DNA of 41,188 bases from Polyangiaceae bacterium (GTDB taxonomy: Bacteria; Myxococcota_A; Polyangia; Polyangiales; Polyangiaceae): positions 1-41,188 of the forward strand of contig DASYCL010000684.1 of the NCBI GenBank assembly GCA_036500245.1, given 5' to 3'. Below, piece by piece: positions 1 to 10,480 of the stretch (the first letter of the stretch is position 1; each line of letters begins with the position of its first letter). The position numbers were made by a program, and so were the translations under genes. A model generated the notes under the pieces. That model worked only from the letters and a program-made list of their open reading frames with translations. It made no database searches and was not told the DNA's origin.

Positions 1-1
1 C

Positions 2-808
2 GGAAGCGGCGAGTCGGGGGGCAAAGCCGGCGCGGGCGGCAACGGCAACCCAGCCGGCGCCGGTGGCGCCGCAGGACGCACGGGCAGCGGCGGAACGGGA
101 ACGACGGGTGGCACCACGACCGGCGGTTCCGCAGCTGCGGGCACGACCGGAAGCGGCGGCACGGGCGCCGCAGCAGGTTCCGGCGGCACCACCGCGACGA
201 CTGAGTTGATCGACGATTTCGAGGATCGCGACTTGGTTCTGTTGATGATCAAGAAGCGCAACGGTCCGTGGTACGCCTTCAACGACGGCAGCAAAACCGA
301 CTCGCAAACTTTCGGGATCGCGTTGCTCACTGACGCTGACGCGCGTAGCGGCAGCTCGAGCACCGCGGGATTGCACATGACCGCTGCATCGGGCTTCACG
401 GGCTTCGGCGCGGGCTTCGGCGCGGACTTCGTCAACACCCAAGCCAAGAAGGTGGCGTACGACGTCTCCGCGTACAAGGGCGTGCGCTTCTACGCGAAGA
501 TTGGGTCCGGCGCTCAGAGTGCGATGAAGGTGCTGTTCCCAACTACCTACTCGGATCCGATGGGCGGGAAATGCAACGACGCCGTCGCGATGATGGGTTG
601 TAACGATCACCTGTTCGAACTCGTCACCTCGATCACCACGACGTGGGCCGTCTACGAAGTCGATTTTTCGGATCTGACCCAGCAGGGTTTTGGCTTGCCG
701 CAAGCCTCGCTCGATCCGACCAGCGTCTACAGTGTGCAATTCACGTTGTCGACCGCCGCATTTCCCGCGGACGTCTGGCTCGACGACATCTCTTTCGTGC
801 TGAAGTGA
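2..808 (+). CDS. CBM11-like carbohydrate-binding protein with Gly/Ala/Thr-rich linker (5'-truncated by window edge)
   Basis: The frame of ORF 206..808 is open back to base 2 and encodes a GSGGTG-type linker. The domain carries IDDFED...WYAFND...DVSAYKGVRFYAK...WLDDISF, typical of CBM11/galactose-binding-like folds. Confidence 0.7.
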   Translation, partial: GSGESGGKAGAGGNGNPAGAGGAAGRTGSGGTGTTGGTTTGGSAAAGTTGSGGTGAAAGSGGTTATTELIDDFEDRDLVLLMIKKRNGPWYAFNDGSKTDSQTFGIALLTDADARSGSSSTAGLHMTAASGFTGFGAGFGADFVNTQAKKVAYDVSAYKGVRFYAKIGSGAQSAMKVLFPTTYSDPMGGKCNDAVAMMGCNDHLFELVTSITTTWAVYEVDFSDLTQQGFGLPQASLDPTSVYSVQFTLSTAAFPADVWLDDISFVLK

Positions 809-811
809 GTG

Positions 812-3001
812 CTAGCGCGTGATTGCGTAGGCGAGCGCAGGGATATCGAAACTAGTCGACAATTTCGAATCGTCCGTCGTCGTGATCGGGATGGCGCGGA
901 CGGCTGCGCCTTTGGCGTCGAGTGATCGAGCGTGCCATGCGGCGCGCGGCAGCCTGAGCGTGACGGGAATGAACTGCGCCAGTGCCGGCCCGGCGCCGAG
1001 CGGCCCCACAGTTTGATCAGTCGCGTTCGGGCGATGCGCATTCTCCGCGCGACCGGCCACATTGAACAGCAGGCGGTGCGAATCGCGCAGCGGCAGGCCG
1101 TCCAGTGCGACTAAGGTCGCGCACGCGAAACGATCGGCGAAATTGCCAAATTCGAGGCTGAATTCGCCGAATCTCAGCGCGCTTTGCGCGACCGTGCCGC
1201 AAACCAATTTCAAACCCGGTGCGTCGACGCTGAAGCGCGGATGCTCGCCTCGCGATTCCCAATAGAGCTCGCCCGAATCACTCCCGATCGCGCCGGTGAC
1301 GTGCAACGCGTAGGAAGCAGTCACGCTGCCGCCTCCGTCCCGCAGGGTGATGCCGATCTGCCGCAATGCCGCCGCGGTCTGCGGCACTCCGTTCATGTTC
1401 CAGAGATTCGGTAGAGCGTTCTCGGCGATCGGCAACGCGAGCGGCTGCTTTGGCACGAGTAGCTCGACGCGGCTCGTTCCGGGCGCGACCAGTCCGCCGC
1501 GGAACGCGGTCGCCGCGGCGGCAACGAATGCGAGCTTCGTCGGATGACCTGCGAGATCGAACACACCGTTGATGCGCGTCGGTTCGTATTCGCGTTTTTG
1601 ATCGGCGTAGCTGAAAGCGAACAACGCGTCCCAATCCTGCAAGCCGGCAACGCCGACCAGGAGCGGGAACATCTCCTCGGCGTAGTCGTTGGGCGTGGCG
1701 ACGGCGTACTCCGAGACACTGAACGGCTTACCGAATACGCGGTAGCTGGCCATCACGCCGAGCGTTCCGCCGTCGGCGGCCGTCACTTGCGAGCTGTTTT
1801 GTAGCGACCAGGTCACATCCTTGCCGCTGCCGCTCGAACGCGGGTGATCCCAAAAACCATGCACGTCGACGAAGTCGCTCAGCTCGGCTTCGCGCAATAC
1901 TCCGGCGAGACCGCCGAAGCTCGCTTGGCTGTCGATCAACATGGAGTGCAGTCCGAGCTCGCCGCGAACGAAGCCGGCGAGCTCCTTGACATTGTCGAGC
2001 TCGACCTTGCGCAAGTACTGGACGTAGTCTGCGCGTGCAGCGTCGGATGCTTGGAACGTCGGCAGTACCGGCTTGGCTTCTTCGAGCGCGGGTCCGGGCG
2101 CTCGCAGGCCTTCTGCGGTGCGCTCCGCGAGCCAGGGCGCGTAGCCTTTTTCGAGCTCCGCGCGATAGCTCGCGGGCGCATCATCGGGACTTCCGGCCCA
2201 CGACGGGAAGATCGTGTCCTCGTTGTCGAGTTCGACGTAGAGCAGCGCGGGCTCCGCGCGATACGGAAGCTTGGTCTCGGCGTTTTCGTGACTCAGCAAA
2301 CGCCGCGCACGTTCGCGCTGGGCAGCCAAAAAAGATCGATCAAAGCGATCAAGCACTTTTCCTTGCGGGAAGCGGGCAAGGGCTTCCCCTTCAAGGCCGG
2401 AATACCCGCCGAGCGCGTGCAGCGTAAACGTGAAATAGAGGCCTTGAGCCTTCAACGCGGCCGCAAAGTGATCGAGTTTCGCGACTGACTCGGGGGCAAG
2501 CTCTCCCGTTTCGCCGAACAGCCCGTGTTCGACATCGAGCCCCAGAAGTCGCACTGCGTTGAAGCCGAGCTTCCTCAAGTGCTTCGCGAGGCGGGTCGCG
2601 GTTTCTGGATCGGGAAAGCACGCGACACCCGTGAGGTTGACGCCAAAAAAACGCAATCGCGTTCCGCGATCGTCGACGAAGTGTCCGAGCTCGGCATGCA
2701 CGAAACCGTGCGCGCCTGCGGGTTCGGCATTGAGCGATGAAAGATCGGTGAACGTGTGCTCGTCATCGAGCCCGCTCGGCTCGACTTCGAACAGCTGGAT
2801 CTCAGGGGTTACCGGCGTGGCACCCAGCCCGGATACTGGAAATTTCTGCTCAGTGTGGCAGCCGAAAAACAGCGCGGATGTGAGAAAAATCAGTCGCGCG
2901 CTGTCTGCTACAGAGATTGCGCGAGCGCTATGACCGCGACTATGGTGGGCCGCCCCGTGCGCTCCGGGTCGCTCAATTTGCCTAAAATCATGCTCGAACA
3001 T
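812..3001 (-). CDS. Clan GH-A (GH5-like) glycoside hydrolase, possible lipoprotein; start uncertain (probably downstream of 3001)
   Basis: Motifs RLRFFGVNL, LRKLGFNAVR, ELDNED (NE acid/base), VDVHGFWDHP, FSVSEY (candidate nucleophile Glu), QDWD. Lipobox-like ALFFGC near the N-terminus. Confidence 0.65.
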   Translation of the reverse strand: MFEHDFRQIERPGAHGAAHHSRGHSARAISVADSARLIFLTSALFFGCHTEQKFPVSGLGATPVTPEIQLFEVEPSGLDDEHTFTDLSSLNAEPAGAHGFVHAELGHFVDDRGTRLRFFGVNLTGVACFPDPETATRLAKHLRKLGFNAVRLLGLDVEHGLFGETGELAPESVAKLDHFAAALKAQGLYFTFTLHALGGYSGLEGEALARFPQGKVLDRFDRSFLAAQRERARRLLSHENAETKLPYRAEPALLYVELDNEDTIFPSWAGSPDDAPASYRAELEKGYAPWLAERTAEGLRAPGPALEEAKPVLPTFQASDAARADYVQYLRKVELDNVKELAGFVRGELGLHSMLIDSQASFGGLAGVLREAELSDFVDVHGFWDHPRSSGSGKDVTWSLQNSSQVTAADGGTLGVMASYRVFGKPFSVSEYAVATPNDYAEEMFPLLVGVAGLQDWDALFAFSYADQKREYEPTRINGVFDLAGHPTKLAFVAAAATAFRGGLVAPGTSRVELLVPKQPLALPIAENALPNLWNMNGVPQTAAALRQIGITLRDGGGSVTASYALHVTGAIGSDSGELYWESRGEHPRFSVDAPGLKLVCGTVAQSALRFGEFSLEFGNFADRFACATLVALDGLPLRDSHRLLFNVAGRAENAHRPNATDQTVGPLGAGPALAQFIPVTLRLPRAAWHARSLDAKGAAVRAIPITTTDDSKLSTSFDIPALAYAITR

Positions 3002-3031
3002 CGTCGCTTCGCTGCCTCAGTCAGACGCCTC

Positions 3032-4240
3032 GTGAACCCAACTCATTTGCGCAGAACGATCATCGGCTGCTCGTTGTTGCTGCCGGCTGTCGCGCATGCG
3101 GGGGCGAAGGATCAGATCGCCACCAAGCTCGCGAACCAAGCGATGCAGACGGACTACGTCGGAACGCAGTTCAAAAAAGCCGAACAGAAGCTGAAAAAAG
3201 CGATTCAACAATGTGGTTCGTCCGCGTGTTCGTACGACGTTGTCGGCAGGCTGCACCGCGATTTGGCGACAGTCTACATCGGCGGCACGAACCAAGTCGC
3301 CAAAGGAAAAGCCGAGCTCAAGCTCGCGCTTCAGGCGAACCCGGATCTGCAGCTCGACAACGATCTCGCCACACCCGAGCTGAAGAAAGACTTCAAAGCG
3401 CTCGGCGGCCACGAGCCGAAGCACGAAGACGAAGACAAGGACGACAGCGACGAAAAGCCCGAGAAACCCGCGGCAAAGGACCAAGATAGCGAAGCGGGAG
3501 AGAACGAGGAAAAGCCGGCTCCGCCGCCGTCGGAAGAGTCGTCGAGCGGCGCGCGGAAAAATTGGGTGAGCATCGGTTTCGAGCAAGATTTTTTGGTTTA
3601 CTCGTCGACCAACGACGTCTGCGCCACGAATGGCATCCCGGACTCGAATCCGCCGAGCAATCAGATTTTTCCGGAAGCGCCCGGATACGCGTGCTTCCAG
3701 GGCGGCTCGCAATACGGCTATAGCGCGGGCCAAACGATCTATCCGAACGCGGGCAACCACGTCGGCGCCGGCGTCGGCGTTTCGACCTCGAGCGTGCTGC
3801 TTGGCTTCGATCGCGTGATCGGTTCGAATTTCAGCGTCGGCGCGCGGGTGGGCTTCGCGTTCGGCGGTGGACCGCAGACCCTCGACGGTTCCAAGTTCCT
3901 ACCGCTGCGCCTCGAGATTCGCGGCAACTACTGGTTCGGAAATGATCCGTTTGCGAGCAGCAGCGTGCGCCCCTACGTCGGGCTGTCTGCAGGCGTGGCC
4001 GAGCTCGATGGTCACGTGCCAGTCGAGTACTACCAGGATGCGGCCGGCTATAGCGCGAACAACAAGGGCACACTCGACGCTTGGCGTCGCGCCGGAAAAA
4101 CGTTTGCAGGCTTGGGCTTTGGTTTGATGGTTCCGATTGCGGGTAGCTCCGGCATCGTGCCGGAGCTGCGCGTGAAAGAAATGTTCGGCTCGAGCTCGTT
4201 GGCATTCGACGCTTCGCTCGGCTACGCCTACGGCTTTTGA
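3032..4240 (+). CDS. Secreted/outer-membrane protein: helical TPR-like N-domain, acidic linker, C-terminal beta-barrel-like domain
   Basis: GTG at 3032 gives a signal peptide ending AVAHA. Followed by a helical region, an EDEDKDDSDE linker and amphipathic strands ending LGYAYGF (terminal Phe). The ORF track start at 2756 overlaps the divergent gene. Confidence 0.6.
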   Translation: MNPTHLRRTIIGCSLLLPAVAHAGAKDQIATKLANQAMQTDYVGTQFKKAEQKLKKAIQQCGSSACSYDVVGRLHRDLATVYIGGTNQVAKGKAELKLALQANPDLQLDNDLATPELKKDFKALGGHEPKHEDEDKDDSDEKPEKPAAKDQDSEAGENEEKPAPPPSEESSSGARKNWVSIGFEQDFLVYSSTNDVCATNGIPDSNPPSNQIFPEAPGYACFQGGSQYGYSAGQTIYPNAGNHVGAGVGVSTSSVLLGFDRVIGSNFSVGARVGFAFGGGPQTLDGSKFLPLRLEIRGNYWFGNDPFASSSVRPYVGLSAGVAELDGHVPVEYYQDAAGYSANNKGTLDAWRRAGKTFAGLGFGLMVPIAGSSGIVPELRVKEMFGSSSLAFDASLGYAYGF

Positions 4241-4294
4241 ACGGCAGGATTCAGCGCAAACAGTTCGCTCCCCGCGCGCCATACGCCGACGGTT

Positions 4295-4312
4295 CCTGGA
4301 ACTAGTACCAGG
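4295..4312. promoter_or_regulatory. Palindromic operator-like site 1 (CCTGGAACTAGTACCAGG)
   Basis: Near-perfect 18-bp palindrome in the intergenic region upstream of the CBM11-GH9-GH94 genes. The same motif recurs at five other intergenic positions. Confidence 0.65.
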
Positions 4313-4395
4313 TTCGGTCTTTTCGGCGCGCTCAAGGCACGCTTCGACGCGCTGCGCTGCAGCGCATTCGCCGAGGCCTGGTCGCGGCAGTCGGG

Positions 4396-4411
4396 CTGGA
4401 ACCGATACCAG
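4396..4411. promoter_or_regulatory. Operator-like site 2 (CTGGAACCGATACCAG)
   Basis: 12/14 match to TGGAACCGGTTCCA; core lies exactly 100 bp after site 1. Confidence 0.6.
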
Positions 4412-4531
4412 AAAACTGCCGGCTCGTGGAAAAATTTCGCTCAACTGCAGCCGTGTCAGGCTACTTTCGCGCTCGGTTCATCCGCCCATGTCGTGATCCG
4501 AGCGGCCGCTGGGCTGCGAAATCCCGCAATG

Positions 4532-4545
4532 TGAAATCGGTTCCA
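4532..4545. promoter_or_regulatory. Operator-like site 3 (TGAAATCGGTTCCA) next to -35-like hexamers
   Basis: 12/14 match to the consensus. TTGACG at 4550-4555 and TTGACA at 4585-4590 follow, upstream of ATG 4715. Confidence 0.55.
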
Positions 4546-4714
4546 GGTCTTGACGATTCGTGGTGACTTTGACCGCGGTTTCGGTTGACAGAAACGTACG
4601 GGGAGAAGAACATCGTTGCTCGAGCTCGCGCCGCGATTCGCATGAACTCAGTCGGCCACGTCGACGGTGAACGAGCCAAGTGAGCGAACGCTCGATTTTG
4701 GAGTGACGAACGCG

Positions 4715-5452
4715 ATGAAGGCAACAAAGACGAACGTATGGATGCTCGGTTTGGCTCTCAGCGCTCTGGTGATCGGACTCGGTTGCAAGAAAAAAATCTC
4801 CGCCACCTCCGAAGACGTAAAGAACTCGCCGGAAGGGAAAGCCTGTCCCGCGAGTGAAGGCATGATCTCGGACGGCGAAGCCAACAGCAACCAGATCAAC
4901 CCGATCAAGGGTCGTGGTGGCTATTGGTACACCTTCGTGGACTCGAACGGTTCGACCATCACGCCGACGGCTGGCTCGCAAGGCGGCACGTTCGCGATGT
5001 CGCCGGGCGGTGCCAAGGACACCAAGTACGCTGCGCACATGACGGGCCAAGTCGGAACCGCGGATACGGTTTATGCCGGCATGGGCTTCAACTTCGTGGA
5101 CCCGAAAGGCCAATACGACGCGACTGCGTATAAAGGCATCTCGTTTTGGGCCAAAAAAGGCCCGGGATCGACCGGCAACGTTCGGCTCAAGTTCCCCGAC
5201 TCGAACACCGACCCGGACGGCAAAGTCTGCAAAGAGTGCTTCAACGACTTCGGCATGGATCTGCAGCTGACGGATCAGTGGACGCAGTACGTGATTCCGT
5301 ACGTCGGGATGACGCAGATGAAGGGTTGGGGTTCGCCGCACACGCCGGGCGTCGACACGTCGAAGGTCTACGGCATGCAATGGCAGGTGAACGAGAAGGG
5401 CGCAAAGTTCGACATCTGGGTCGACGAGATTCAGTTCACGGGTTGCCCGTGA
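4715..5452 (+). CDS. CBM11-like carbohydrate-binding lipoprotein
   Basis: GGAG RBS before ATG 4715; lipoprotein signal MKATK...LVIGLGC; motifs GGYWYTFVD, YDATAYKGISFWAK, FDIWVDEIQF; paralogous to the ORF at 2..808. Confidence 0.8.
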   Translation: MKATKTNVWMLGLALSALVIGLGCKKKISATSEDVKNSPEGKACPASEGMISDGEANSNQINPIKGRGGYWYTFVDSNGSTITPTAGSQGGTFAMSPGGAKDTKYAAHMTGQVGTADTVYAGMGFNFVDPKGQYDATAYKGISFWAKKGPGSTGNVRLKFPDSNTDPDGKVCKECFNDFGMDLQLTDQWTQYVIPYVGMTQMKGWGSPHTPGVDTSKVYGMQWQVNEKGAKFDIWVDEIQFTGCP

Positions 5453-5519
5453 TCCCCAGTTGATGCGCGGCGCGTGCACGAGGGCGCGCCGCGCTCAGCG
5501 CGGAGTCGGAGACGAAGCG

Positions 5520-7877
5520 GTGAAGATTGTGCCGGGCGCCCTGCGCGTAGCGAGTGTCTGCGGAGTGTTAATCGCGGGTTGCATTCCGCGCCGCACGCCC
5601 CTACCGAACGGCGCCGTACTGACACGTTCGGATGCCGCGAGTGTGCCGGCCACCGCCGGCAACAATCTGCTCAAAAACAGCTCGTTCGACGGGGGCGTCA
5701 GCTTGCCGTGGATGACCTCGTTCTCTGCGCCCGGTGACGGCAAAGCCGACGTCGTCAATGGTGCGCTGTGCGTCAAGGTGACGAACAAAGGCGCGAACGC
5801 TTGGGACGCGCAGGTTCGTCATCGCGAGATGGTGATTCAGCGGGGTCATACCTATACGGTGCAGTTTCGCGCTTACGCGTCGGCGCCGACGAAGGCGCGG
5901 CCCAAAGTCGGCATGTCCGGCGCGCCATACGCCGAGTACTGGTCATCGACGATCGACGTGGGGACGGAACCGAAGCTCTACAGCGCGGCCTTCACGATGC
6001 GTGGGAACGACGATCCGACGGCGGAGTTTGCCTTCCATATCGGTGGCAACATGGCAGAAGCGTCGACCCCGTTCGACTTCTGCATCGACGACGTGCGGCT
6101 CGATGACCCGGCGTTCACGCCGAGCGCGGACTCCGCGCATATCGTCGCGGTGCCGAATATCCTCGTGAACGAGCTCGGCTATCTGCCGAACGCCGCGAAA
6201 ATTGCGACATTGAAGAGCAATGCGATGACGCCGCTCGAGTGGCAGCTCGTCGATTCATCGGGGAAGGGCGCCGCGAAGGGCAGAACCCAGGTCTTCGGCG
6301 CGGACGCGGCTTCCGGCGACCACCTGCACGAGATTGACTTTAGCGATCTGAAAACGACGGGCGAGGGCTTCACGCTCAAAGTCGAAAGCGACACGAGCTT
6401 GCCGTTTCGGATCGATTCGCATCTCTACAAGAAGCTCAAGTACGATGCGCTGTCGTACTTTTATCAAAATCGCAGCGGCATCGAGATTGCGCCGGCGTTG
6501 GTCGACGATCCATCGCTGGCGCGCCCCGCGGGCCACCTCGGGGACAAGAACGTCAAATGCATGCCGGACAGTGGTTGCGACTACTCGCTCGACGCGAGTG
6601 GCGGTTGGTACGACGCGGGCGACCACGGAAAATACGTGGTGAACGGCGGCATCGCAGTGTGGACACTGCTCAATGAATACGAGCGTGCGAAGTTCCTCGG
6701 CTCGAGCAGCGCCGATTTCGGCGACGGCAAGCTCAAGATCCCGGAGCACAATAACCGGGTCCCCGATCTGCTGGACGAAGCGCGTTGGGAGCTCGAGTTC
6801 ATGCTCAAGATGCAAGTGCCGGCGGGCCAACCCAAGGCCGGGATGGTACATCATAAGCTGACCGATGCGGATTGGACCGGGCTCGGTACCGCTCCGCACG
6901 AAGACAAACTGCCGCGCTATCTGCACGCGCCGAGCACCGCCGCGACGCTCAACCTCGCGGCAACCGCGGCGCAGGCAGCCCGTATTTGGAAAACGATCGA
7001 CGCCGCTTTCTCGGCGAAGTGTCTGGCCGCGGCCGAAACAGCGTGGCTCGCGGCGAAAGCCAACCCCAAGGTTTATGCCTCGGCGAGCGACACTCGAGGC
7101 GGCGGCTCATACGCCGACGAGAACACGAGCGACGAGTTCTACTGGGCGGCGGCCGAGCTGTTCATCACCACCGGCAAGCCGGAATACAAGCAATTCCTCA
7201 ACGCTTCACCGTTCAGCCAACACTTTCGCAGCGCGGCCGGCGGGCACTCGTCGTCGATGAATTGGTCGGATACGGATGCGCTCGGGCAGATTTCGCTCGC
7301 GGTCGTACCGAACGGGCTCGATGCAGGAGCGGTGAAGGAGCTCCGCGCGCGTATCGCCACAGCTGCGGAGCATTACTTGAAAGTCGAGCAGGGCGAAGGC
7401 TATCGCACGCCGCTCGAGCGCAATGCGCAGGGGCAATACGTGTGGGGTTCGAATTCGTTCGTGCTCAATAACTTGATCGTGCTCGCGCTCGCGTACGACT
7501 TCAGCAAAGAACGGCGCTACTTGGACGGTGTCGCGACGGGCATGGACTACTTGCTCGGTCGCAACCCGCTCGCTCAATCCTACGTTTCGGGTTACGGCTC
7601 GAAGCCGCTCGAGAATCCTCATCATCGCTTTTGGGCTTATCAGGCGAACCATAAATATCCGCACGCGCCCGCAGGAGCCGTGTCCGGCGGTCCAAATTCG
7701 AGCGTCGATGATCCTTATGCCAAAGCCGCCGGCTTGCGCGGGTGCGCCGCGGAGAAATGCTTCGTCGATAATATCGAGGCTTATTCGGTCAACGAGATCG
7801 CGATCAATTGGAACGCGCCACTCGCTTGGGTGAGCGCGTTCCTGGACGAAAAAGCGCACGCGAGCGCGCCACAGTAA
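5520..7877 (+). CDS. GH9 cellulase with CBM4/9 and Ig-like (CelD_N) domains, lipoprotein
   Basis: Lipobox VLIAGC after GTG 5520; CBM4 motifs [20 protein letters not shown]; Ig-like VNELGYLP; GH9 signatures [29 protein letters not shown]. Confidence 0.92.
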   Translation: MKIVPGALRVASVCGVLIAGCIPRRTPLPNGAVLTRSDAASVPATAGNNLLKNSSFDGGVSLPWMTSFSAPGDGKADVVNGALCVKVTNKGANAWDAQVRHREMVIQRGHTYTVQFRAYASAPTKARPKVGMSGAPYAEYWSSTIDVGTEPKLYSAAFTMRGNDDPTAEFAFHIGGNMAEASTPFDFCIDDVRLDDPAFTPSADSAHIVAVPNILVNELGYLPNAAKIATLKSNAMTPLEWQLVDSSGKGAAKGRTQVFGADAASGDHLHEIDFSDLKTTGEGFTLKVESDTSLPFRIDSHLYKKLKYDALSYFYQNRSGIEIAPALVDDPSLARPAGHLGDKNVKCMPDSGCDYSLDASGGWYDAGDHGKYVVNGGIAVWTLLNEYERAKFLGSSSADFGDGKLKIPEHNNRVPDLLDEARWELEFMLKMQVPAGQPKAGMVHHKLTDADWTGLGTAPHEDKLPRYLHAPSTAATLNLAATAAQAARIWKTIDAAFSAKCLAAAETAWLAAKANPKVYASASDTRGGGSYADENTSDEFYWAAAELFITTGKPEYKQFLNASPFSQHFRSAAGGHSSSMNWSDTDALGQISLAVVPNGLDAGAVKELRARIATAAEHYLKVEQGEGYRTPLERNAQGQYVWGSNSFVLNNLIVLALAYDFSKERRYLDGVATGMDYLLGRNPLAQSYVSGYGSKPLENPHHRFWAYQANHKYPHAPAGAVSGGPNSSVDDPYAKAAGLRGCAAEKCFVDNIEAYSVNEIAINWNAPLAWVSAFLDEKAHASAPQ

Positions 7878-7944
7878 TGTTCGCAAACGAGAACGAGAGC
7901 CTTCGTCAGTAGTTTCAATCAGCCCCTTTTGGAGCCTCAAAGTC

Positions 7945-10380
7945 ATGCGTTTTGGTCATTTCGACGACAGCAACAAAGAATACGTCATCACCACGCCGAA
8001 GACTCCGTACCCGTGGATCAACTACCTCGGCACCGAGAACTTTTTCGGGCTCGTCTCCCACCAGGGCGGCGGTTATTGCTTCTATCGGGACGCGCGGCTG
8101 CGTCGCCTGACGCGCTACCGCTACAACAACGTGCCGACCGATTCGGGCGGTCGCTATTTCTACATCAACGAGGGCGGGGACGCCTGGACGCCGACCTTCA
8201 TGCCGATGAAGAAAGAGCTCGAGTCATTCGAGTGTCGGCATGGACTCGGCTACACGCGCATCGCTGGCAAGCGCAATGGGCTCCGCGCCGAAGTCCTTTA
8301 TTTCGTGCCGCTCGGTGAGACGGCTGAAGTGCATCAAGTGACGTTGAAGAACGAGAGCGCGAGCGCGAAGAAGTTCAAACTGTTCTCGTTCATCGAGTTC
8401 TGCCTGTGGAACGCCCACGACGATGCGACCAACTTCCAGCGCAACTTCAGCACCGGTGAAGTCGAAGTCGACGGCAGCACGATCTATCACAAGACCGAAT
8501 ATCGCGAGCGCCGCGACCACTTTGCATTTTATCACGTGAACGCGAAGGTTGCGGGTTTTGACACCGATCGCGAGTCGTTCATCGGGGTTTACAACGGCTT
8601 TGGTGATCCGGACGTGCCGCTTGCCGGCGAGTCGAAAAATACGGTTGCGAGTGGCTGGTCTCCGATTGCGTCGCACGGTCTCGATGTCTCGCTCGCGCCG
8701 GGCGAGGAAAAGACGTTCGTGTTCGTGCTCGGCTATGTCGAAAATGCGCGCGATGAGAAGTGGGAAAAGCCGGGCATCATCAACAAGACGCGCGCCAAGG
8801 CACTGATCGCAAAATTTTCGAGCGCGGAGCAAGTGAGCGCTGCGCTCGCCAAGCTACGCGAGCATTGGAACGGCATGCTCTCGACTTATGCGATCGAGTC
8901 GAGCGACGAAAAACTGAATCGGATGGTCAATATCTGGAATCCGTATCAGTGCATGGTCACGTTCAACATGTCGCGCAGCGCGTCGTATTTCGAGTCGGGC
9001 ATCGGGCGCGGCATGGGCTTTCGGGATTCGAACCAGGATTTGCTCGGCTTCGTGCACCTCGTGCCGGAACGCGCGCGCGAACGCATCATCGACATTGCCT
9101 CGACGCAATTCGCCGACGGCAGCGCGTACCATCAGTATCAACCGCTGACCAAGCGCGGCAACAATGACGTCGGCAGCGGTTTCAACGACGACCCGCTGTG
9201 GCTCATTTTGGGCGTCTCCGCATACATCAAGGAGACCGGCGATTATGGCATTTTGGACGAGCAAGTGCCGTTCGACAACGACACCAAGAATCAAGCAAGC
9301 TTGCTCGAGCATTTGAAGCGCTCGTTCGATCATGTGACCAACAATCTCGGGCCGCACGGCTTGCCGCTGATCGGCCGCGCGGATTGGAACGATTGTTTGA
9401 ATCTGAATTGCTTCTCCGAAACGCCGGACGAGCCGTTTCAAACCACGGGCAATCGCACCGGGCGCACGGCGGAGTCCGTGTTCATCGCGGGCATGTTCGT
9501 GCACATCGGACCGGAGTACGCGAAGATCGCGGAGTACAAGGGTCAAAAGGCAGAAGCCGAGCGCGCGCGCAGCGAAGTCGTGAAGATGGAAAAAACCGTG
9601 CTCGCGCACGGCTGGGACGGCCAATGGTTCCTGCGTGCGTACGATTTCTTCGGCAAGAAGATCGGCAGCAAGGATTGCCCCGAAAGCGACGCGCAAATTC
9701 TGATCGAGCCGCAAGGCTATTGCGTCATGGCCGGCATCGGCGTGGCGACGGGCGAGGCTAAAAAAGCACTCGATTCAGTCAAAGAGCGACTCGATACGCG
9801 TTACGGCATCGTGCTCAATAACCCGCCGTACCGCGACTATCACGTCGAGCTCGGCGAGATCTCGTCATACCCGCCGGGTTACAAAGAGAACGCGGGCATC
9901 TTCTGCCACAATAACCCCTGGGTGATGATCGCGGAGACGGTGATCGGGCGTGGCGAGCGCGCCTTCGAATACTACAAGAAGATCGCGCCCGCCTACATCG
10001 AGGACATCAGCGAGATCCATCGCACCGAGCCGTACGTGTACTCGCAGATGATCGCGGGCAAAGACGCCGTGCATCACGGCGAAGCCAAAAACTCCTGGCT
10101 CACCGGCACCGCGGCTTGGAACTTCGTCGCGATCTCGCAGTACCTGCTCGGCATTCGCCCGGAGTGGGACGGCTTGTGTGTGAAGCCGTGTATCGGCAAA
10201 GAGGTGGCGGAGTTCACCGTCACGCGCAAGTGCCGTGGCGCGACGTACCGCATTCGAGTCAAGAGCTCGGGTGGGACGGGCAACGTGAAACTCACAGTCG
10301 ACGGCAAAGCCATTTCCGGCCACCTCGTGCCATACGCGAAGGCGGGCAGCACCGTGAACATCGAGTGCGAAGCGAGCTGA
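7945..10380 (+). CDS. cbp: Cellobiose phosphorylase (GH94)
   Basis: 811 aa; N-terminus [81 protein letters not shown], all as in known cellobiose phosphorylases. No signal peptide. Confidence 0.93.
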   Translation: MRFGHFDDSNKEYVITTPKTPYPWINYLGTENFFGLVSHQGGGYCFYRDARLRRLTRYRYNNVPTDSGGRYFYINEGGDAWTPTFMPMKKELESFECRHGLGYTRIAGKRNGLRAEVLYFVPLGETAEVHQVTLKNESASAKKFKLFSFIEFCLWNAHDDATNFQRNFSTGEVEVDGSTIYHKTEYRERRDHFAFYHVNAKVAGFDTDRESFIGVYNGFGDPDVPLAGESKNTVASGWSPIASHGLDVSLAPGEEKTFVFVLGYVENARDEKWEKPGIINKTRAKALIAKFSSAEQVSAALAKLREHWNGMLSTYAIESSDEKLNRMVNIWNPYQCMVTFNMSRSASYFESGIGRGMGFRDSNQDLLGFVHLVPERARERIIDIASTQFADGSAYHQYQPLTKRGNNDVGSGFNDDPLWLILGVSAYIKETGDYGILDEQVPFDNDTKNQASLLEHLKRSFDHVTNNLGPHGLPLIGRADWNDCLNLNCFSETPDEPFQTTGNRTGRTAESVFIAGMFVHIGPEYAKIAEYKGQKAEAERARSEVVKMEKTVLAHGWDGQWFLRAYDFFGKKIGSKDCPESDAQILIEPQGYCVMAGIGVATGEAKKALDSVKERLDTRYGIVLNNPPYRDYHVELGEISSYPPGYKENAGIFCHNNPWVMIAETVIGRGERAFEYYKKIAPAYIEDISEIHRTEPYVYSQMIAGKDAVHHGEAKNSWLTGTAAWNFVAISQYLLGIRPEWDGLCVKPCIGKEVAEFTVTRKCRGATYRIRVKSSGGTGNVKLTVDGKAISGHLVPYAKAGSTVNIECEAS

Positions 10381-10389
10381 ATCCGCGCG

Positions 10390-10407
10390 CCTGGAACCAG
10401 TTCTAGG
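10390..10407. promoter_or_regulatory. Operator-like site 4 (CCTGGAACCAGTTCTAGG)
   Basis: Palindrome 10 bp after the GH94 stop and ~75 bp before the vWA gene; 12/14 match to the consensus. Confidence 0.65.
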
Positions 10408-10430
10408 AAAATGCGTTAACAATCTCCGAC

Positions 10431-10458
10431 GGAGCACGGGACTTGTGGCCCGTGCTCC
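10431..10458. other. Perfect 10-bp stem hairpin (GGAGCACGGG-N8-CCCGTGCTCC): terminator or 5'-UTR structure
   Basis: Inverted repeat visible between the GH94 and vWA genes; no U-tract on the + strand. Confidence 0.45.
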
Positions 10459-10480
10459 CGGAAAAAGCTAAGCTACGCAC

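Noticed and set aside
2-205. GGC-rich quasi-repeat at the window start
   Set aside because: It is the in-frame Gly/Ala/Thr linker of the CBM11-like protein, not a DNA repeat element.
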